Assembly: GCA_039033475.1 (NCBI GenBank)
Contig: JBCCCO010000006.1
Coordinates: 1 to 63,238 of the forward strand
Origin: Pseudomonadota bacterium
GTDB lineage: Bacteria; Pseudomonadota; Alphaproteobacteria; Rhizobiales; CBDHHC01
Length of the DNA stretch: 63,238 nucleotides
Direction of reading: 5' to 3'
Numbering within the stretch: position 1 is the first letter of the stretch; every line of letters begins with the position of its first letter. A model generated the notes under the pieces. The model saw only the letters and a list, made by a program, of their open reading frames with translations, was not told the DNA's origin and made no database searches. A program made the translations under genes and the position numbers. Shown in pieces: positions 59,968-63,238 of the stretch.

Positions 59968-61167
59968 CTATCTGAACTGGTCTGCAACCCTCTCCAATGC
60001 CTCTTGTGTGGTTGCCAAGTCCTGCACCAAGGCAATTCGAATATAGCTGGAAGCTGGGTTTGCACCTGTTTGGTCTGGTTTTGCCAAATATGCGCCGGGT
60101 AACACTTTGACACCAGAATCTTTCCAAAAGGTTTCTGTAGCCCGTTCACATGTGCCAAATTTGCTAATATCGAGCCATAGAAAAAATCCCCCCTGCGGGA
60201 TATCAAAATCTATAACATCGCCCAAAATGCGTTGTGCACATTGAAATTTTTCCCGGTAGAGCTTACGGTTATGTTCAACATGGGTCTCCTCTGACCAAAT
60301 ATATTCCGAAACATGCTGGATGGGTAAGGGGACTTGGGGACAAGCGACAGCTCGAAATATACCAAAAGCTTTGATAAAATCTGGATCTCCTGCCACAAAT
60401 CCAGAACGGAGCCCAGGAAGGTTAGAGCGTTTTGAGAGCGAATTAAAGCTGAGGACATTTTTGAAATCACCATAGGTTTCATAGCTCACTTCCAGGATTG
60501 AAGGCGGCGGGGTCCTAAAATAAATTTCAGAGTAACATTCGTCAAAAAACAGCATAAAATTGTGGCTACGCGCGATCTTTAAAAGCTCTTGCAAATAAGG
60601 CTTTGTTGCCACCGCTCCTTCTGGATTTGATGGGGAGCATAAGTACATTGCTGCGGTTTGACTGAGAAAGTCATGATTAAGGCCAGTTAAGTCGGGCATA
60701 AATCCGTGTTCTTTGCGTGCGGCTAAAAAGTGAGGGCTAGCTTTTGCAGCCAATGCTCCAGCCAAATAGCATTGGTAAAACGGGTTAGGCATTAAAATGT
60801 ATGGATTTATGAGCTCTGATCGCCTTTCCAGCGCTGTAAAAGCTGCGGAAAACAACCCTTCACGCGAGCCATTTAAAACAAGGATATGGTCTTCAGGGTG
60901 TACTGCTTCTTTAAGAGTGGGATATCTGCGTTCTATCCACTGAGCGATAGATTGGCGTAGCCCATCTGTTCCTAATATAGGGGGATATTTCGCAAAATCT
61001 TTTGTATGTTTTGTCAAAAGGCCTGGAACGCCTGATGGCATATCGTGCTGTGGCTCGCCTATTGTTAGGTCGATAGGAGATTGGCCTGGGGCAATGTCTG
61101 ATAATAACTTATGTAATTTTGGGAACGGAGATTCGATTTTAATTTCTGATTTTTTAAACTCAGACAT
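59968..61167 (-). CDS. Class I/II PLP aminotransferase (DapC-like)
   Basis: IGEPQH, NGSREGLF, CSPSNPEG, DECYSEIY, SLSKRSNLPGLRSG. Confidence 0.88.
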   Translation of the reverse strand: MSEFKKSEIKIESPFPKLHKLLSDIAPGQSPIDLTIGEPQHDMPSGVPGLLTKHTKDFAKYPPILGTDGLRQSIAQWIERRYPTLKEAVHPEDHILVLNGSREGLFSAAFTALERRSELINPYILMPNPFYQCYLAGALAAKASPHFLAARKEHGFMPDLTGLNHDFLSQTAAMYLCSPSNPEGAVATKPYLQELLKIARSHNFMLFFDECYSEIYFRTPPPSILEVSYETYGDFKNVLSFNSLSKRSNLPGLRSGFVAGDPDFIKAFGIFRAVACPQVPLPIQHVSEYIWSEETHVEHNRKLYREKFQCAQRILGDVIDFDIPQGGFFLWLDISKFGTCERATETFWKDSGVKVLPGAYLAKPDQTGANPASSYIRIALVQDLATTQEALERVADQFR

Positions 61168-61237
61168 ATACGCAACTTTTCTATAAAATTTTTCGAATTG
61201 GCTATAATCCCCAAAATATTATCAAAATCTTAAATGG

Positions 61238-61252
61238 TTAACACTTGATTAA
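61238..61252. promoter_or_regulatory. CtrA box upstream of aminotransferase-ftsK
   Basis: (GG)TTAA-CACTTGA-TTAA exact consensus. Confidence 0.62.
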
Positions 61253-61262
61253 AAAAGCAAAT

Positions 61263-61293
61263 AAAAAGGCCTGGAGCTTTTGCTCCAGACCTT
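61263..61293 (-). terminator. Intrinsic terminator of glnK-amtB
   Basis: Minus strand GGTCTGGAGC-AAAA-GCTCCAGGCC-TTTTT. Confidence 0.85.
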
Positions 61294-61355
61294 AAGTTTT
61301 AAACCAACAGTATTTGCTAAACTCGCCTGTTGGTTATTGAGAAAATATCCCTTTG

Positions 61356-62729
61356 TTAAATTCTCTGGCTACCAGCTCCAAATTCAGGATAGGCTTCCAG
61401 ACCAATTTCACCTTTGTCCATTCCTCCAACTTCCATCTCTTCAGATGGACGCAGTCCTAGAACGATTTTTATAATCGTCCAAACAACGAAACTGGTAATA
61501 AAGACAAAGGCGCCAATTGCAGCAACACCGATAAATTGAACGTGTAGCATCACCTCAGGATTTGTTAGTGGAACAACCAATGTTCCCCAAATGCCTGCAA
61601 AAAGGTGAACTGGTATAGCTCCAACAACATCATCGATTTTTAGTTTGTCAAGAAGTGGAACGGCAAGAACAACAATAACGCCACCAACTGCACCAATAAA
61701 GATCGCAGCTAAAGGTGAAGGTGTTAGAGGCTCTGCGGTAATTGACACAAGGCCAGCTAGTGCACCATTTAACGCCATTGTTAAATCAATTTTGCCATAG
61801 AGCAGTTGCGTTAAGCTGATTGCTGCAATAACGCCAGCTGCTGCTGCCAGGTTTGTATTCACAAAGATATTCGCAACAGAGGCTGCATCTGTGATCGTTC
61901 CCATGGCAAGCTGTGAAGCACCATTAAAACCAAACCAACCGAGCCATAGGATAAATGTTCCCAACGTCGCAAGTGGCATACTTGAACCTGGCATAGGATT
62001 AACTTGACCATTTGGACCATATTTACCTACGCGAGCGCCAATAATAATTGCACCTGCTAAAGCTGCCCAACCGCCTGTTGAGTGGACAAGAGTTGAGCCG
62101 GCAAAATCACTAAAGCCCATGCCATCAAGCCAGCCTGCACCCCATTCCCAAGAGCCTTGGATTGGGTAGATGATGCCGCACAAGACAACAACAAAAAGCA
62201 AGAATGGCCAGAGTTTAATGCGCTCAGCTACAGTTCCAGAAACAATTGAAGCTGTTGTGGCACAAAAAACCATTTGGAAAAACCAATCAGACCCACCTGC
62301 GTAAAGTGTTGGATCTTTTCCAGCTGCAACAGCATCTTGTACGGCTTTTAATTCAGCATCTCCGGTGAGAATCTCTTTTGCTGAGAAGCTGCCAATTACA
62401 TTTTCAACCAACCAGCCATCACCCGCATACATAAGGTTGTAACCTACAACCCAAAAGATCAGACCGGCGACAGAATATAACGCAATGTTTTTTGTACATT
62501 GCATAGCAACATTTTTACTTCTCACCATACCGGCTTCCAGCATAGCAAAACCAGCTGCCATCCACATTACGAGAAAGCCACCGATCAAGAAAAGCAGAGT
62601 GTTGAAAACATATTGAAATTTAATGCTGTCTGTCACAGCTGTTGTTTCTTGCGCAATTGCTGCCCCAGATGTGGCGAGACCTAAACTTAAAGTCGCTGCC
62701 AAAAGAAGTGTTTTTTTCGTTATCGTCAT
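61356..62729 (-). CDS. amtB: Ammonium transporter
   Basis: FFQMVF, DFAGSTLVH, LWLGWFGFNG, DDVVGAIPVH; AGGAGA RBS before MTITKK at 62729. Confidence 0.97.
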   Translation of the reverse strand: MTITKKTLLLAATLSLGLATSGAAIAQETTAVTDSIKFQYVFNTLLFLIGGFLVMWMAAGFAMLEAGMVRSKNVAMQCTKNIALYSVAGLIFWVVGYNLMYAGDGWLVENVIGSFSAKEILTGDAELKAVQDAVAAGKDPTLYAGGSDWFFQMVFCATTASIVSGTVAERIKLWPFLLFVVVLCGIIYPIQGSWEWGAGWLDGMGFSDFAGSTLVHSTGGWAALAGAIIIGARVGKYGPNGQVNPMPGSSMPLATLGTFILWLGWFGFNGASQLAMGTITDAASVANIFVNTNLAAAAGVIAAISLTQLLYGKIDLTMALNGALAGLVSITAEPLTPSPLAAIFIGAVGGVIVVLAVPLLDKLKIDDVVGAIPVHLFAGIWGTLVVPLTNPEVMLHVQFIGVAAIGAFVFITSFVVWTIIKIVLGLRPSEEMEVGGMDKGEIGLEAYPEFGAGSQRI

Positions 62730-62745
62730 GCTTTTGTCTCCTGAG

Positions 62746-63087
<342 letters not shown>

Positions 63088-63238
63088 CTATCCTCTTTTG
63101 GATTGCATTTCACCTCATATGAAATAAAGCATTATAGTTAAATCTAAGTGAGTAACATGTTTAATATTCATTAAAATTACTTCATTTTTTTGCTTCTCGT
63201 CTATTAGTAAATAGTTAATCAATCAAAAGATATGCCAC

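Noticed and set aside
63220-63237. Sigma54 promoter for glnK (TGGCATATCTTTTGAT)
   Set aside because: The -12 element reads GA instead of GC and upstream context is cut by the window edge; plausible but not supportable here

Overview
A low-GC (visually about 40%) alphaproteobacterial chromosome segment with Hyphomicrobiales/Rhizobiales-like gene content, almost entirely core genome. It holds a dynamin-like GTPase, a Caulobacter/Bradyrhizobium-type flagellar cluster (fliK-flgD-sciP-fliF-fliG-fliH-fliN-flbD-flhA), mnmA, htpG, hpf-ptsN, carB-greA, trxB-lsrB/vtlR, argJ-mutT-Flp pilin, secA, a BacNav-type channel, tesA/ybbAP, yraN-gshB-comM, ispG/ispA/mtgA, ftsK-lolA and glnK-amtB. I found no rRNA, tRNA, CRISPR array, prophage or transposase. 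The unexplained structure is non-coding. (i) A ~105-bp TA-bounded two-hairpin element, with a perfect 28-bp palindrome in its intact copies, occurs six times, three of them inside the fliF operon. (ii) Six CGTC-tagged REP-like dimers occur, three nested in a conserved ~170-bp outer shell. (iii) Three candidate anti-Shine-Dalgarno sRNAs are present, two with readable promoters: one behind a palindromic operator just after lsrB/vtlR and one behind an RpoH-like promoter. (iv) A CtrA/sigma54/IHF/ftr regulatory map can be read from the sequence. Two proteins are unusual: FlbD has Glu at the phospho-acceptor Asp position, and the channel filter is TLDAWSS instead of TLESWS. All functional interpretations are inferences from sequence alone; no searches or folding computations were run.
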